Positions 27,505 to 41,955 are shown, counted from the stretch's first letter. The stretch: DNA of 64,000 nt from Octopus vulgaris (GCA_951406725.2 OX597826.1:68262001-68326000), one strand, 5' to 3'. Program-made: numbers and translations. The notes: generated by a model not told the origin, from the letters alone.

Positions 27505-28015
27505 CCGTAAATCCTCGAGTATAATCCGCATTTATCCCCAAAATTTAAAGGTCAAAATCCCTAGTGTATTCTATATACGAGGTTAAAAATGAAAATTATT
27601 TTCTAACCAATGTCCGAGTCTCTATTTGCTGTCCGGCAATGTTTATTCAGACGCATTTTGTGATGTAGGGCACGAGAATACCTTAAGCTAAGCCTGAAAG
27701 CAATGAAGTCATAAAAGAATCATCCATAACTTTCAGTAAGCAACACTTATTAAGCCTTATTACTGTTATTTCTTTATTTTCTGCAAACAAAATGCACAAA
27801 AAAGCTACACGTTTGCATTATGTTATATATACAATAATAATAAAGGACGTTACCGTATATATTTTTACGAACCAATGATGTTATATAGACCTTCTTGACT
27901 CAAGTTAGAGAAGGGGTGCGTATTATACACGAGGTTTCGGTTTTTCAGAGGTACAGCCCCCTAAAATTCCCCTGCGTATTATACTCAAGGGCGGACTATA
28001 CTGGAGGATTTACCA
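27505..28015. mobile_element. Tc2/pogo-type MITE, about 510 bp, TA TSD
   Basis: TIRs ccgtaaatcctcgagtata / tatactggaggatttacca with TA on both sides; a second copy lies at 62428-62934. Confidence 0.85.
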
Positions 28016-30760
28016 TATGTAGAAAATCTACATATTGATTCTCTTGTTTGCTGTTTTAAAGAGTAGTCAATGTTTGTGTCTATATAACCCATAAGTTCAA
28101 ATATTCCTATACCTGCTAGATATATATATACACCATGCATGAACACTATCTTAATTTTGTTTCAGAAATATAACATTATTATTGCTATTGCGTTTAACAT
28201 TTACAAAAACTTCTTCTCTAAGTGCATTAACGTCACTTAACCATTATCTAAATTATTGGGAGCGATTCCAGGCTCTCAAATTCCTCAACTTCGTACAACA
28301 ATGAAGACAGCCATATACGTCATGATTTGCATCTGGAAGATTTTGCAGGTCAATCTACTGAATTTAGTTATAAACTATCGGTTTTAAAGAAGAGAGCAAG
28401 GAGAAAGTGTCAGTTGCCAACGTCTTCATTAGCTGACAATCGAGTGAGAAGATAAGATTACACTATATTACAATAGTCTCCTTTTCACAAGATGCGGTTT
28501 ATTTGATTCCTTACATAAAGAATCAGGAAATTGACAAAGGGCCTTTTTGAATATTTTAAACAACACAGGGGCAGGTTAATTCCCATCATCATTCTTTCTT
28601 AGAACTTTAATCTTAAGTAGGTCAACACCAGTGTCGAAGATCCTCAGGCAAGTCACTCATCGTCAACTACACACCCACACATACAGACACACACACAAAC
28701 ACACATATACATACTCATACACGCTTGCGTACTCACACACACAGAGAGTTATTAGCTGATATAAACATATATATCATCTGCACTTATACGTCATATCAAT
28801 ACATTCATATACATTCCTACACTGATATATATGGCTAGAGACTTGGGGAGAGAGAATGAGAAGCGCAGATTTAGGAAGATATGGATGAGACAGATATGGG
28901 AAATGCTATTTTAAAACAGGTTTATTTTTGGAGGATAGAAAATAGTTTAATTCGTTGTCTAATAAAATCGGGAGTGTGCCGATGTTTTAAAAATCACATG
29001 GAGATATGTTCCCTTTATTTGTTCGGACCAGCCATTTTTCCGAAATGAGGTGTTTGAGCGAGTCTTTCTAGAGGCTGGAAATTTAGCACAGATGATCGGA
29101 TATTCTAAACGGTTTTTGGTGATAGTACATTTTGGCACTGGTGGTAAACACACGCACGCGAATGGAAACGCATAAAACTATACAAATATAAATAGAGAGA
29201 ATAAGAAGGAAATAATGAGTAAGAAGGAAAGAGAGAGAGATATTGCAATTTATTAATTGATCACGATTAACATTAACATTACCCCTCTCAAACAAAGAAC
29301 TGTGCTCACGCACACACACACACATGCAAGCACACATACATGCACACAAACATACATACAGAGAGAGAGAGAGAAATCGATGGAGAGAGGGAGAAATCGA
29401 TGGAGAGAGAGAGAGAAAGAGAAGCATTAAACACGAGAAACAGTATAATGTTTGATGGCAAATATAGCAGCGTCGAATCAGCGATGCCAAACTGTCGGCG
29501 GCGAAACGGCTGTAGCAAAAAAAATAATCTCATATCCATTAAAACTAGTCCCGAAAATCTGTCATTAATTTAGGGATCCAATAAGTACAAGCAAAGAAAC
29601 ACATTACGAAACCAGAAACAAGATCTTCAAGTTTTTCTCGATAACGATCCAGTAGGGTTTCAAGTCACATTATCAAATAAAAACAAAACAAGTCAAAACC
29701 AAAAGGAGCCATATTTTTCTTGTTCCTCTGGGAGTCAAGTGACTGGCAAAGCGCTAGCTTCTTATCCATGAGAGAAGATACAGTTTGTTAAATACAGCTT
29801 TATGGACTATTATTATCCGTTAAATAATTAATTTACTACCGGCCATGTTCCAGTCGTTCTATGAGATATCATGTCTCGGTAATTTACTGTGACTAATTGA
29901 CAAAACATTTGTTCATTAAATGGTTAAAATTGCGCATAAATCTCGTTGTAACTCAATCTATGGGGAAATTATTGATTGTTTTACATTGAATTTAACATAT
30001 TTGAGTTGGCTTAGGTCTTAAGCCACTGTAGCCGGTCTACCAGAACACTTCATTTGACACTTTGAGTGATTAAATCATAAAAATATCGGTTATATTTAAT
30101 TATATTTTAACATATTTTTTTTTGCATTTTCTTCTCTTTTGTTAAGCGTTTAAAAACCATGCATAACTATGCTTCGTAATTAATTTTATGTGAACATAAC
30201 CCAAATTCCTATTATTAAATTCGTTTGATTTTGTTTTATTCGTTTATATGAACTGAAGGGTCTATTAAAAATTAATTAATTATATCTGAATTTTGATGAG
30301 AATATTAGAAAGACGCTCAGACTACCTATTCCGACATTTCTGATACGAAAGAGAAATTGTTTAGTTTAAATTAACAATAATAATCTTCATATGTTAGCAT
30401 CGCATTCTTAGGAAATTGTTTCGTGTGCTTCGGCACATGTCTCCATCAACAATACTTCAATTTCCTGTTCTATATCAAACCATATTTCTTGCCATAAGGT
30501 TATAATATCATCTTGTGTAAGAATGTATACTTCAATTCATGGATTTACCACTGTACTGCATTTGAGTTATCTACCCTAAGAGATGGAGAGAAAAAGAGAG
30601 AGAGGGAGAGAGTAACATACACATGTAAACATACAAACACACACACATATATGCGTGTGTGTTTGTGTATGTATGCATGTATGTATAGATAGATAGAGAG
30701 TTAGAATGATAGATAGATAGGTACATAGATTGATGTGTACTTAAATATATTGTATATATA

Positions 30761-30989
30761 CTTGGGACAAGAAGTTTGGAATAATCTTCTAATATTTATA
30801 ATTATGCCCATGTACAATTCGATTCAATTATATACAACGTTGAGAGATATTTACCTAATAATTTTCAGACCTATGTTCCTAACTTTTGGCCCAGTAATAA
30901 TATAATGGAAATTAAAAATATCTTTATGGGTAATTAATATAAAAATTCTAATTTTCCAGATTTATGTATCAAACTTTTAGGTACGACTG
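30761..30989. mobile_element. Possible decayed Tc1/mariner-type MITE
   Basis: ta|cttgggacaagaagtttgga ... tcaaacttttaggtacgactg|ta resemble degenerate CAGT-type TIRs with a TA TSD. Confidence 0.35.
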
Positions 30990-32514
30990 TACATACATAT
31001 AAATATATACATACTCATACAAACACACGAAAATATTAAATCAGACACGCGCACACATATGTATATATAAAATTCCGCCTACCTGAGATGCTATATGAAA
31101 TAACTTGACCCTGGTTGTCTACATACGTATATGTGCGTGCGTGTGAGTATGAATAATTAAATAAATAAATCCCACATATTTAGTTTTATATGGGACCTTA
31201 TGATGTTGAGGACTCATTTAAGAGGTCTTCTTCTGAATGGGTTTTACGTAGGATTCTTAATGATTAATTAGCGTATCACCGTTTTGGATAAGCTGTTGAA
31301 GTGGTCATTGAGTGTACAGTAAGTTCCTATGATTAATTAATTAGGTTTGTATATGAATTTTATAGTTACGTGTTTTGTTTGCCTATTTATGCTGTACGAT
31401 TCGTTTGTGGATTCTGTTTATGTTTCCGTGAAATGGATATTATAAATGTCCTTGTTAGTTTTGTCTGCAAAATATGAGCATTTTCTTGGAGAAGTTTATT
31501 ATATTCATATCCTCCGGCAGATTCAGTTAGAATTTGCTGGTGGATATTTCCTAGATTTGAATGATGTATATTAGCTGGTGTCTGTAGTCGATATGTATGT
31601 ATATGTCTGACATTCATGGTGAACATTGTGTTTGAGTGAAATTAATTGTGATAATCGAAGTGGATGAGAATGATGATGTTAATAATGATGATGTTGGCTG
31701 ACTAAGATTGATAGCAATGACGGGGTAATAGTGGAGACGTTGAAGATAGAAGCGGGTATGTGCTGATGGTTATGGGAGAATAGGAGAGAATCGATTTCGA
31801 TGAAACGCTGTTGTTGTGATTTGTGTCGAGTTTAGCTCTGATCGTACATTTCTTTGTTAATGACATTCCAGCCGTGGCCATCACGCCTTGGTATATGTGG
31901 AATTAGCTTATTTAATACACCTTTTTGTTTTGTTTTTTCTTTCTGACATTACATTTGTAAAACATAGTTGTTTTGCTGTTACTTTTAGTAGTTTGAGCAA
32001 TACCGACAGGACCACATGTTGAGTCATCGATGGAGGATAAGATCAGTTCGTGCTGGAGCTGGAGACGAGTGCAGGATGATTGATGGTTAGAATTGATGGT
32101 GATAGTAGAGTCGAAATGGTGATTATGACGATGGAGTTACTGCTGCTGCTGCTGCTGCTGCTGCTGATAACGATTATGCTGAGAGTGATGATGTCGATGA
32201 TGATCATGGTGATCATCTTGGTGTCAATGTCGATAGGCAGTAATGATCATAATTAATATAGAGAATGGAGGAGATGTTGCTGATAATAATACTGGTGGAG
32301 GTGGAGTCAGGTTGAGGGCGACGTCAACAAGGAGAAGTATTGTGAGGCCATGATAACAAATAAATAGACAGAAGATTGTCACCTGAATCAGGTGTAAAAC
32401 CAGAGATTAGTTCGGTAAAAATTGATGAGGTAAAAATGGAGATGATAACATGACTGTGTTAGTGTGTTTCTTTCGTTGCTGCTGGTGTTATCACTGTTGA
32501 CGTTGTTATTGTTG

Positions 32515-32566
<52 letters not shown>

Positions 32567-32652
32567 CATCATCATCATCATCATTGTTATTGTTATTGTT
32601 GTTGATGTTATTATTATTATTATTATTATTATTATCATTATTATTATTATTA

Positions 32653-32725
<73 letters not shown>

Positions 32726-33029
32726 CATTATTATCGTTATCACTCTTGCTTTTGTTTTTCATTGTTAAATTCATTACAATAAAGAACGTGTCATTTAAAT
32801 ATTTCTGAAGTAAAAATACAACACATATGAACTGTTGAGCAGAATAAGAATGAAACACAGTGGTGGAGGTGGTGGTGGATGTGGTGGTGGTAGTGGTGGT
32901 GGTGGTGAGAGAGATAAGGAGAAAAAAAAGAGGGAAAGAGCAAGCACAAATACAACAAATACGAATTCTAATAACCACCTACACGCCAACACGGGAAATA
33001 GTCACACCCACACACAAATACGCACATAC

Positions 33030-33093
33030 AAACATACATACATGCGTACATACATGCGTACATACTTATATACATACATGTATGCATACATGC

Positions 33094-33133
<40 letters not shown>

Positions 33134-33800
33134 GTACGTACATACGTACTTACATACAAACATACATATACACATACATTGATACATACATGCATTTATG
33201 CATTGATATATACATGCATATCTACAGACATACATTCATTCATACATACATGCATACATACGTTCACGCATGCATGCATATATATATTCATGCATATATA
33301 CATACTTGCATACATATATACACACATACATTCATACACACATACATTCATTCATACATACATACATGCATACATTCATGCGTACATACATGCATACATA
33401 CATACATAGATACATACATTCATACATACATAAATTCATACATACCTTCATGCATGCATGCATACATACATACATACATTCATTCATTCATACATAGATA
33501 CATTCATGCATACATACATCCATACATCCATACATACATACATACATATATACATACATACATACATAATTACATTCATTCATTCATACATAGATACATT
33601 CATACATACATCCATCCATACATACATACATGCATACATGTATACATACATACATATATACATTCATACTGACATACATCCATCCATCCATACATACATA
33701 CATGCATACATACATACATACATACATTCATTCAATCTTTCATACATAGATACATACATACATAGATACATACATACAAACATACATATATATATACATA
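33030..33800. repeat. Degenerate (CATA/CATT/CATG)n tetranucleotide array, about 770 bp
   Basis: 4-bp periodicity throughout. Confidence 0.93.
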
Positions 33801-34301
33801 GAAACGCAGGTAAAACTACATGCATACACACAATGCCTACATAAGCGCACAAATACATACCCTAGCATCCGAAATAAAATAAATGAACAACAGTACAGGA
33901 GAAAGAAAAGACAAGTGGAAGAACAACTAAAAGAAAGAAAATTTCTCGAAAGTTTGATGAGAAAGAGATTGCTATCTTCTGAGAGATTTAATAATCTGAT
34001 GAGAAAATTAGGTGCTCCGAGGTTACACATGTGTATGTGCATGCTACTATGTGCATGTTACTATGTGCATATGTGCATGAGACCTCGTGTGTGTGTGTGT
34101 GTGTGTGCGTATGTGTGTGATTGCGTCTCCATGTGCAAGTCTTTACGTGAGAACGAGTTAATTTGTGTGGGTTTCTCCGTACCTATGTGCCACCGTCTGT
34201 ATTTGTGTATGTGTGTTAATTTCTGGTTACGTTTACGTGTAAGTATGTATGTGTGTGTGTGTGCGTTTGAGTGTGGTATGCTTACCTGCATATGTATTAG
34301 T

Positions 34302-34340
<39 letters not shown>

Positions 34341-34815
34341 CCCGTACGTGTGTGTGCATGTGTACAGGAGTATGTCGCGTAAAGTAGGGTGCTTGCGCAT
34401 GTAATGTGTATACGAAAATGTCTTCGTTTGCAGTTGAGTATGCGAGTTTGTGTGTGTGTGTGTTCTTGTGTGTCTACCTGTGTGTGTGTGTACGTGTGTA
34501 TGTGTCTGTGGTGAAGCAAAAAGGCGAAGACAGCCAATGTAGAATAAACGAAAAGATGATTCGCAATCAGTTCCATGAACGGATATCGTAAACATACGCA
34601 CACATACATACATGCATACATACACAAATGCATACATACATATATGCAGCAACACCAACAAAAACACAGACACACACACTCTGTCTGTCACACACACACA
34701 CAGATGCACTCAGAGAAGCACTTGGACGCACATTTGCTCAAACAAATATACCTGTAAAGTTGAACAACACTTTCTACTTATAACTGATAGATTAGTAGAT
34801 GAGTCAATACGTACG

Positions 34816-34892
<77 letters not shown>

Positions 34893-35080
34893 CATGTGTA
34901 TATTTAAAGGGCTAAAAAACCATTAAGTGGTCAGCCGTATGCTAGAAGTAGATCACCAACGATCAAACTACAAAGAAAAGAATGTTCTCTAGAGAAAAAT
35001 TCAGCGGACACCAGAACAATATGCGGGCAAGACAGATGAAAATTATATAAAAAACAAGAATTACTCGCAGACCCGCGGTT

Positions 35081-35129
<49 letters not shown>

Positions 35130-35404
35130 TTATATACGTGTGTATGTGCGTGTGTCTGCGCGTTTGTTTATGTATATGTTTGGAAAGAGTAGATGAAAGA
35201 GAGAGTGACTGAGAGAGAGAGAGAAACAGAGAGAGAAAGCGTAATAATGGCGACTACTAAGAAATAAACTAAATGGCCACGACTCAAGTATCAATGGCCG
35301 CACAGTAGAGTTTTTGAAATAGTGCTGTAGCAACACGTTCAATATACAAGTGTATGAAAAACACACCCACACACGCATATAAAGACGCACACGTACACCC
35401 GCAC

Positions 35405-35601
35405 AAACGTAACCGCGTGTGTACCGTTGGCGATTTTTTCCTCCCTTTTCCCTTCTTTGGATCTTTCCTTTTCCTATGTTTCTGACGAAGAGCTCCGCTC
35501 GAAACGTTAAACCCTCCTTCTTTCCTGACCGTCAAATAATACTATATTTGTTCCACGTCCTCGCATTGTTGTGTTTTCTCTTTGTGTTTTCATGTTTGGA
35601 T

Positions 35602-35606
<5 letters not shown>
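35405..35606 (+). mobile_element. Short PLE-terminus-like module carrying an HHR; homolog at 39790-39968
   Basis: Shared cgttgg.ga.tttt.ccc...gctcgaaa.gt.aaacc...ccacgtcctcgc.ttgttg...tt.actatata; each copy ends in (TA)n. Confidence 0.7.
35478..35512 (+). ncRNA. Minimal type I hammerhead ribozyme motif
   Basis: gttt CTGACGA A GAGC-tcc-GCTC GAA ACGT T aaac: intact core, 4-bp stem I, 4-bp stem II, palindromic stem III. Confidence 0.7.
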
Positions 35607-35687
<81 letters not shown>

Positions 35688-35751
35688 CATACATACATAC
35701 ATACATACATACATACATACATACATACATGCATACAGACATACATACATG

Positions 35752-35789
<38 letters not shown>

Positions 35790-35913
35790 ACATATAAAAT
35801 TTAATGTACGCTAAACACATTAAGATGTATACATCATATGACTCCCTTATGACCAGCTAAAGTCCAAACCACTAGTTAGGGATAAATTCTTGATGGGAAT
35901 GAAAAATTAAAAC

Positions 35914-36023
35914 ATTTACCATCTATTTCCTGGACCATGGTTTCTGACTTACTTTCGCCTAGCAAATTATTTTATTTCCTAGTATAAAGTCAGAAACCAT
36001 GGTCCAGGAAATAGATGGTAAAT
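35914..36023. repeat. Inverted repeat with perfect 37-bp arms and 36-bp spacer
   Basis: atttaccatctatttcctggaccatggtttctgactt (35914-35950) / aagtcagaaaccatggtccaggaaatagatggtaaat (35987-36023). Confidence 0.95.
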
Positions 36024-36603
36024 ATTTTTATTTTATATTCCCTCCGAAATTTATATATTTATAAATATATATAAATCTATGTATGCATATATATACAATA
36101 CTTTAACAGGGATAGTATAACAGTGACTTCAGACTTTCGACCAGCTAAGCCATCATCGGACTGCAATGTGTTTGAACAAATCTTGGCTTTGGAATATTTT
36201 TTCCACGGAAATTTGGGGTTGAGTTGAATTATAATGAGATTCTCGGTGACGATATTGTCAGGAAGGTTGGAATGGAGAAGTGTTATTATGAAATTTATAA
36301 TTGATTATATTCGCGGTTTTCTTACCGTTCAGAATTTGTAACGAGATGTTTATATTTTGGTGTGTCAGCTACAGGTTGTGTGATAACATTTACGGGTCCA
36401 GAAAAGAATGAAGGGAGCTAGACGAAGGTTGTTGGTCATCAGATGTGTCACTAGCTTTAGTCATTGTTAGTCTCAGTGGATTTACGCCTTTGCCTTTGAG
36501 TTTATAAAGATCAAAAGTACAAAGTAATCGTTCAGATGAAAGTCAAATAGATTTTTTTATTACTCAACAAAATAACAAACATTAGATAAATGTATGTGTA
36601 TGT

Positions 36604-36640
<37 letters not shown>

Positions 36641-36641
<1 letters not shown>

Positions 36642-37074
36642 GAGCAAAACGCCTCCCCCCGTCCAATGGACGGTGATGAGTTGTCAAACATTTAAGCCAA
36701 ATTTTCTCAAAACAACTTGTCCGACCGTCCCATATGCCTCCCCTTTGAGAAACACTGATTTAACGTAAATTTGAGACACCAGCAAAAGAAGAAATAAAGA
36801 TAGACTTTTTTCTATTCCAAAGAAAAACGATTTTATTAACACAACGCTTAGTATCGATTGCAACAGCTGAAGTACTTGCGCGTACAAATGCACGTTCCCA
36901 CGACTTTATCGATCGCATTCTCACCTGGAATCGATTTTTGTAATTTTTACAAGACTTATACACGCCCTGATACCGTCGGTATCTACATATCAAATTTAAG
37001 CGCAATCGGATGGAAATATCCGAGATACTAGAAGACACACACACAGACAGACGGAACGGATTTTATATAATAGA
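36641..37074 (-). mobile_element. Non-autonomous Helitron (Lep1-like layout), about 434 bp
   Basis: Minus strand starts A|TCTATTATATAAAATCCG..GTCTGTCTG and ends GCTCG|T (CTAG variant). Hairpin ccgtcc-aat-ggacgg (36659-36673) lies about 14 nt from the terminal motif. No TSD. Confidence 0.75.
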
Positions 37075-37321
37075 TATACACATACACACGCATACATACA
37101 CATGAATTCCACTTAGCATAATTGTACGAAGTAGTCATCCGATATCTAACGGTTACGGTGCTCAATTGTCCGTAGCCGCCTGGTGGCAAACATTTTCCGT
37201 ATTCGAAGGGTACATACCCAGTCTCTCTCGGATGTTTCATAACTACACAGTATTCGATATTGAGCATACTTGTCATTAAAATACCAACTAGTTCGGTGCT
37301 TCCATAGTTTCTCTATAAAAT

Positions 37322-37680
37322 TGTGTGGTCCTGTGGTAAGAAATTTGCTTCCAAATTCCATGGTTCCTGTTCAGTCCCACTGCGTAGTACCTTGGTCCAA
37401 GAGTCTTCTCTTATAGCTGCGAGCGGACCAAAGCCTTATAAAGGAATTTGGAACCTGTAGAAGGCTGCCGTATATACATATGTATAGAGCTATGCGCGTG
37501 TGCCTTTGTGTCTGTATTTCTCCACCCCCGCCAATCATTGTTTGACAACCGGCGTTCGTACGTTTATGTATCGTAAATTAGCGGTTCGACAAAAGAGTCC
37601 AATACAATAAGTACTAAGCTTTGAAGGCGGTGCTCCAACATGGTTGCGGTCAAATAACTAAGACAAGTGAAAAAATAAAT
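37322..37680 (+). mobile_element. SINE family B copy
   Basis: ctgtggtaagaaatttgcttcc...ttcagtcccactgcgtagtaccttgg...ggcggtgctccaacatgg. Confidence 0.75.
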
Positions 37681-37712
37681 GAATATATATACGTACTTAC
37701 ATACATATATAC

Positions 37713-37765
<53 letters not shown>

Positions 37766-37808
37766 GCATGTGTGTATATATATGTGCGTGTATGTATGTA
37801 TGCATGTA

Positions 37809-37924
<116 letters not shown>

Positions 37925-37969
37925 AATGAAAGAATGGAGTCGAACGAAGATGTTAACAAAATTCCTTTA

Positions 37970-38051
37970 CTCTCGACATATGTTTCGAAGACAACATGTT
38001 TTCATTCCAAAGGAATAAAGGGTGCATTATGCAATCTTCTCATCAGGAAAG
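37970..38051 (-). ncRNA. Hammerhead ribozyme motif with extended stem II
   Basis: Minus strand: ctttc CTGATGA GAAGA-(43 nt)-TCTTC GAA ACATATGT C gagag. Canonical core, GUC cleavage triplet, stem I ctttc/gagag. Confidence 0.75.
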
Positions 38052-38128
38052 AAAGGGAGCCTCTCTCAACAACAAGACAAACAACAATTTCGATGACTGC
38101 TGACGATAAACTTAGGATAATTCATTCA

Positions 38129-38193
<65 letters not shown>

Positions 38194-38293
38194 TTAGAGA
38201 CAAAACCACTATTAGGCATATCAAACAATGAAAAACTTGAGCCAATACATAAGATTATTAACAAAGTTTGGATTTATTCCCTAATATTTATTA

Positions 38294-38349
<56 letters not shown>

Positions 38350-39027
38350 TACATAAGGGTCACAATGTTCCAAAGTGCCTTTGGTCTGCGTCCTCAGGAC
38401 GTGTTTTATTTATTTCGATAAACAGAGTAAAATGAACTTGCTGTGTGGAGTGTAAAATTTAACTGCGGAAAGAGTCCCTCCTGAAAAAACACAGACACAT
38501 ACTCATGCGCACATTCGTAGATGAAACAACCGAAGTACAAGAGTTTATCTCATCTAAGCACATGACAAGAATTGCGGCCCATTCAGAAGTTTGCAGAGAT
38601 ACAGTTTAAAATTATTTAAAATCAGGCAACGAACATTCCACCCCGTTTTTATTGAAGTCCGTAGTGAGAATGGCGAGAGGAAACATTCTGTGAAAGACAT
38701 TAAATTTTGGCACAGTATATAGTGAATCTCGTTGAAAATATATAAAAATCATTATATATTTGGCCATCCAAACTTGATTCAGCGTATCTAAGAGAAAAAG
38801 GATAACAGAGTAAAAGAAAAGAGAAAAACGAAGAGAGAGTGAAGAAATGTAAAGTCGATGCAAGATAAAGTGGAGTAAAGGAAGAAAATAAAAAGAGAAA
38901 GGGAGGGCAAAAAAGGGAGAAGAGAGAATTAAAGAGGAGCAAAGTGATAAGATGTGAGAGATGAGCCAATTGCATGTTAGCTTCAGTGATAAAGGAATCA
39001 TCGTAAAACAAATTGATTTAATGGAAA

Positions 39028-39140
39028 TTTTCAGGGAATAATGCATTTTCAGGGAAATAAAGATATTTTCAGGGGAAATAAAAATATATTGTGGGAAATA
39101 AAGCTGTTTTCAGGGAATTGAAAATATTTTCAGGCATAAA
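39028..39140. repeat. Degenerate ~20-bp minisatellite (ttttcagggaaataaagata), about 6 units
   Basis: Recurrent tttcagg(g)aa(a)taa units. Confidence 0.8.
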
Positions 39141-39969
39141 TTATAGTTTTAGGTGATTAATAAAGATATTCTGAAGATAATTTTATTAAAATCTTAACTG
39201 CTGTTTTCCGAATTGCTAAATTAATGGACTTCTTTTCATTTCAAATATTAATTTTTAGCAATTCGTTATGAATGGTGGAGGTTGAATGCTGAAAGTTCAT
39301 CAAGGAAGGAGAAAATATGACATCCATGCTGTTAGTTTGATTAATGACATAGTCATTCATGTTTCTGGGCCAGTGCCAAATAAATATGAGAAATCGATCT
39401 CCAGAGAATCGACTGATAAAGCATAATCATTTTTCATAGGGGTAAGATTTGACGTTTCCAAAGTTGGTTCCACTATCTCCTTGGCTCTCAGCCTCTCCAA
39501 CTCTATAAGATAATTCTATTTTAGCAACGTATACTTTGCAGCTAATCGAGTAATGTGCCGATTGGGAATATTCTCATATGCTGTGTAAGGGCATTGGCGT
39601 GTGGAAGCGAAGGTTCAGGTTCCAGGTTCAATTCCATTTCGTTGTAAAACACGCTGCGCAAAAGGATTCATTTGGCCGATAGAAACGGCGCGGAATCCCT
39701 CCACGCGTATATATGTCCATATGCGTATATGTTTATATATCTGTATATACGTGTATGATTATTTGAATTGTATGTGTGCGTATGTGTGTGTGTAACCACA
39801 TGTGAATCGTTGGTGAGTTTTTCCCCTCCGTCTTCCTTTTTTACTGGACTTTGCTCGAAAAGTAAAACCACCTTTCTTTCCTTCCCTAAGCGTCTTCTAA
39901 TATTTTACATGTACCACGTCCTCGCGTTGTTGTTTTTTGTGGTTGCATTTCGTTTTTTTTAATTTACTA

Positions 39970-40027
<58 letters not shown>

Positions 40028-40102
40028 ATATACACATGCATGCATAAATACATACTCTTTATTTTCTCTCTATATTTTCTCCCCTTGTTTCTTTCTGTGT
40101 CC

Positions 40103-40138
40103 CTTTCTGTGGAAGAGCGTAGGCTCGAAACGTTAAAG
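40103..40138 (+). ncRNA. Hammerhead-like motif with A6 variant, within a module at about 40055-40240 next to (TA)n
   Basis: cttt CTGTGGA A GAGC-gtag-GCTC GAA ACGT T aaag: same layout as 35478-35512 with covarying stem I. Confidence 0.55.
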
Positions 40139-41632
40139 ACTTTTTCACACCCGAGCGTTATACTAATACATAATACATATGTTTGTTGTCTACACCACCG
40201 GTCTTCGTCTTTTGTTCCTTTTTTGTGAATTCACCCTATAAATACACACATACAGACAGGTAGACAGACAAACAGACGCACATATGCATACGCACTCACA
40301 CACACGCTCACACATATATACGCATGCTTACATATATGCATGTATGTATGTGTTTGCATCTGTTTGTGTATGTGGACAAACCTCAATTGCACCACACCAT
40401 GTCAGGAAAACTACATTACATTCGTATGGGTAAAGGTGAGTTGAAGTAAGTTATTCATTTACATGCAAACTTTAGCTACATTGGCCAACAATATATTTTG
40501 CAAATAGATTTCAACGTAGATTTCGATACGTATCGAAGGTTTCTGTAATGGTATGGACCAAAAAAGCAATGAATTACCAACAGTCTACAGTCGAGAAAAA
40601 GAACTCACTGACATGTTGCTGTTCACCAGATTAAGACATATTTTGAGTGCATTCAGCTGTTATGTCGCACGTTCGGATGACCACTACTCAACTCTTCTCT
40701 ACTCTTCTGTGCTCCTGACGTCTAGGCTTCTCCTCTATATCTACGTATTGGACTAGTCTACTTCATCGTCTGGGGGCGTCCACACAACATCAACACTCTT
40801 CGATCACGATTAATACACATATTTCATATCACTTAAGAACAATATAACATTTATTAGATGCATTTGACGGTTTAGGTAGAACTTTACAAATGTCACCTCT
40901 TATGACATGCACGCCATTTCACATAGAATATCCCATTACAGATGTCTTTAGAGAAAGTATGAGCCACATTCACTGCTTAAACGATAATATAAACACCATC
41001 TGAGACAGACCACCACAAATTCCCCAACCTCCATACATTCATATTGCAACCACATGATGCATACTAGACGCGTATACATGTTTACGCAAATTTATTACCG
41101 AACACCACGTTGCAATGTTTCTTTTACGTATATGCCTTTTAAACTCATTGTATATGCAGAGTCGAAATGTATAGCCTGTCTCATAGTCGGACGGTCAGTA
41201 ACTGCACTATCAACCATACCAACTTTGCATTGTGAAGAGGGTGATTTTCGTCCAACACCATGTAATGCAAAAATTTTTTTTAAAAACTCTTAAAGGCCGA
41301 TGAATTCAGTAGGGTTAACAGCTATTTAACATCTGGGTTGCCTAGCCTCTATTTTTATTTTTCGTGCGATATCTTTCCTGAAGAATCAAATTCCAAAATA
41401 TCGCTCGCATCATTTCGAAGCAGGAGACTTTTCCCTTGTTTGTTTCTGGACTACTTGCCTATGTGTTAGAGATTCTTCCTTCAGCGATTCTGTAAAGAGG
41501 TTATTGACCTTAAATGTCAGCACGAGCGGTGTTGAGAGCCATTGTCTGTAACCACTAGGATGTCGTAATATGATGGCCATATTCATCTCCGAGTGGAAAC
41601 CATCATGTATGCATGTACAAACACACGTATTT

Positions 41633-41635
<3 letters not shown>

Positions 41636-41682
<47 letters not shown>

Positions 41683-41955
41683 GGGCGCTTCTAACACGAG
41701 TCGCAGCAACTGAGTCTACCAGTTACACTTTTTGGCCCATCATCACGACCTCGATATCCTGGATACATTGCAGGATATTGTGTTCAACCAAGTTATTGAT
41801 GTAAGTGTGACGTTTACCTCATCTTACATCAACTTGAAGTCGGTTCCAAAAGATTGATTTTGATGCTTCCACTTCAGAATGGTGCACCCAGTGACCAGAT
41901 AGTCGCAGCCATCTTTATCTGATCTTCTCGCTGTCTGCAGGTCTCTGTGAAGGCA
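41636..41955 (-). mobile_element. Decayed RTE/RTEX-clade LINE 3' end with (TAA)n tail
   Basis: Minus-frame EKIR*RWLRLSGHWVHHSEVEASKSIFWNRLQVDVR*GKRHTYINNLVEH resembles the RTE C-terminal R-L-R-x-x-G-H...W...RGRP..T(Y/W)ID motif; it ends in the (TAA)n at 41636-41681. Confidence 0.7.

Noticed and set aside
31387-31626. Possible Penelope GIY-YIG C-terminus
   Set aside because: Diagnostic residues are missing and the resemblance is too weak.
23521-34010. Other CTGATGA hits (about 23521, 27213, 33997)
   Set aside because: No stem II, GAAA or stem I pairing, so they are chance heptamers.
37174-37188. CTCF-like motif gccaccaggcggc (minus)
   Set aside because: A single imperfect motif with no supporting evidence.
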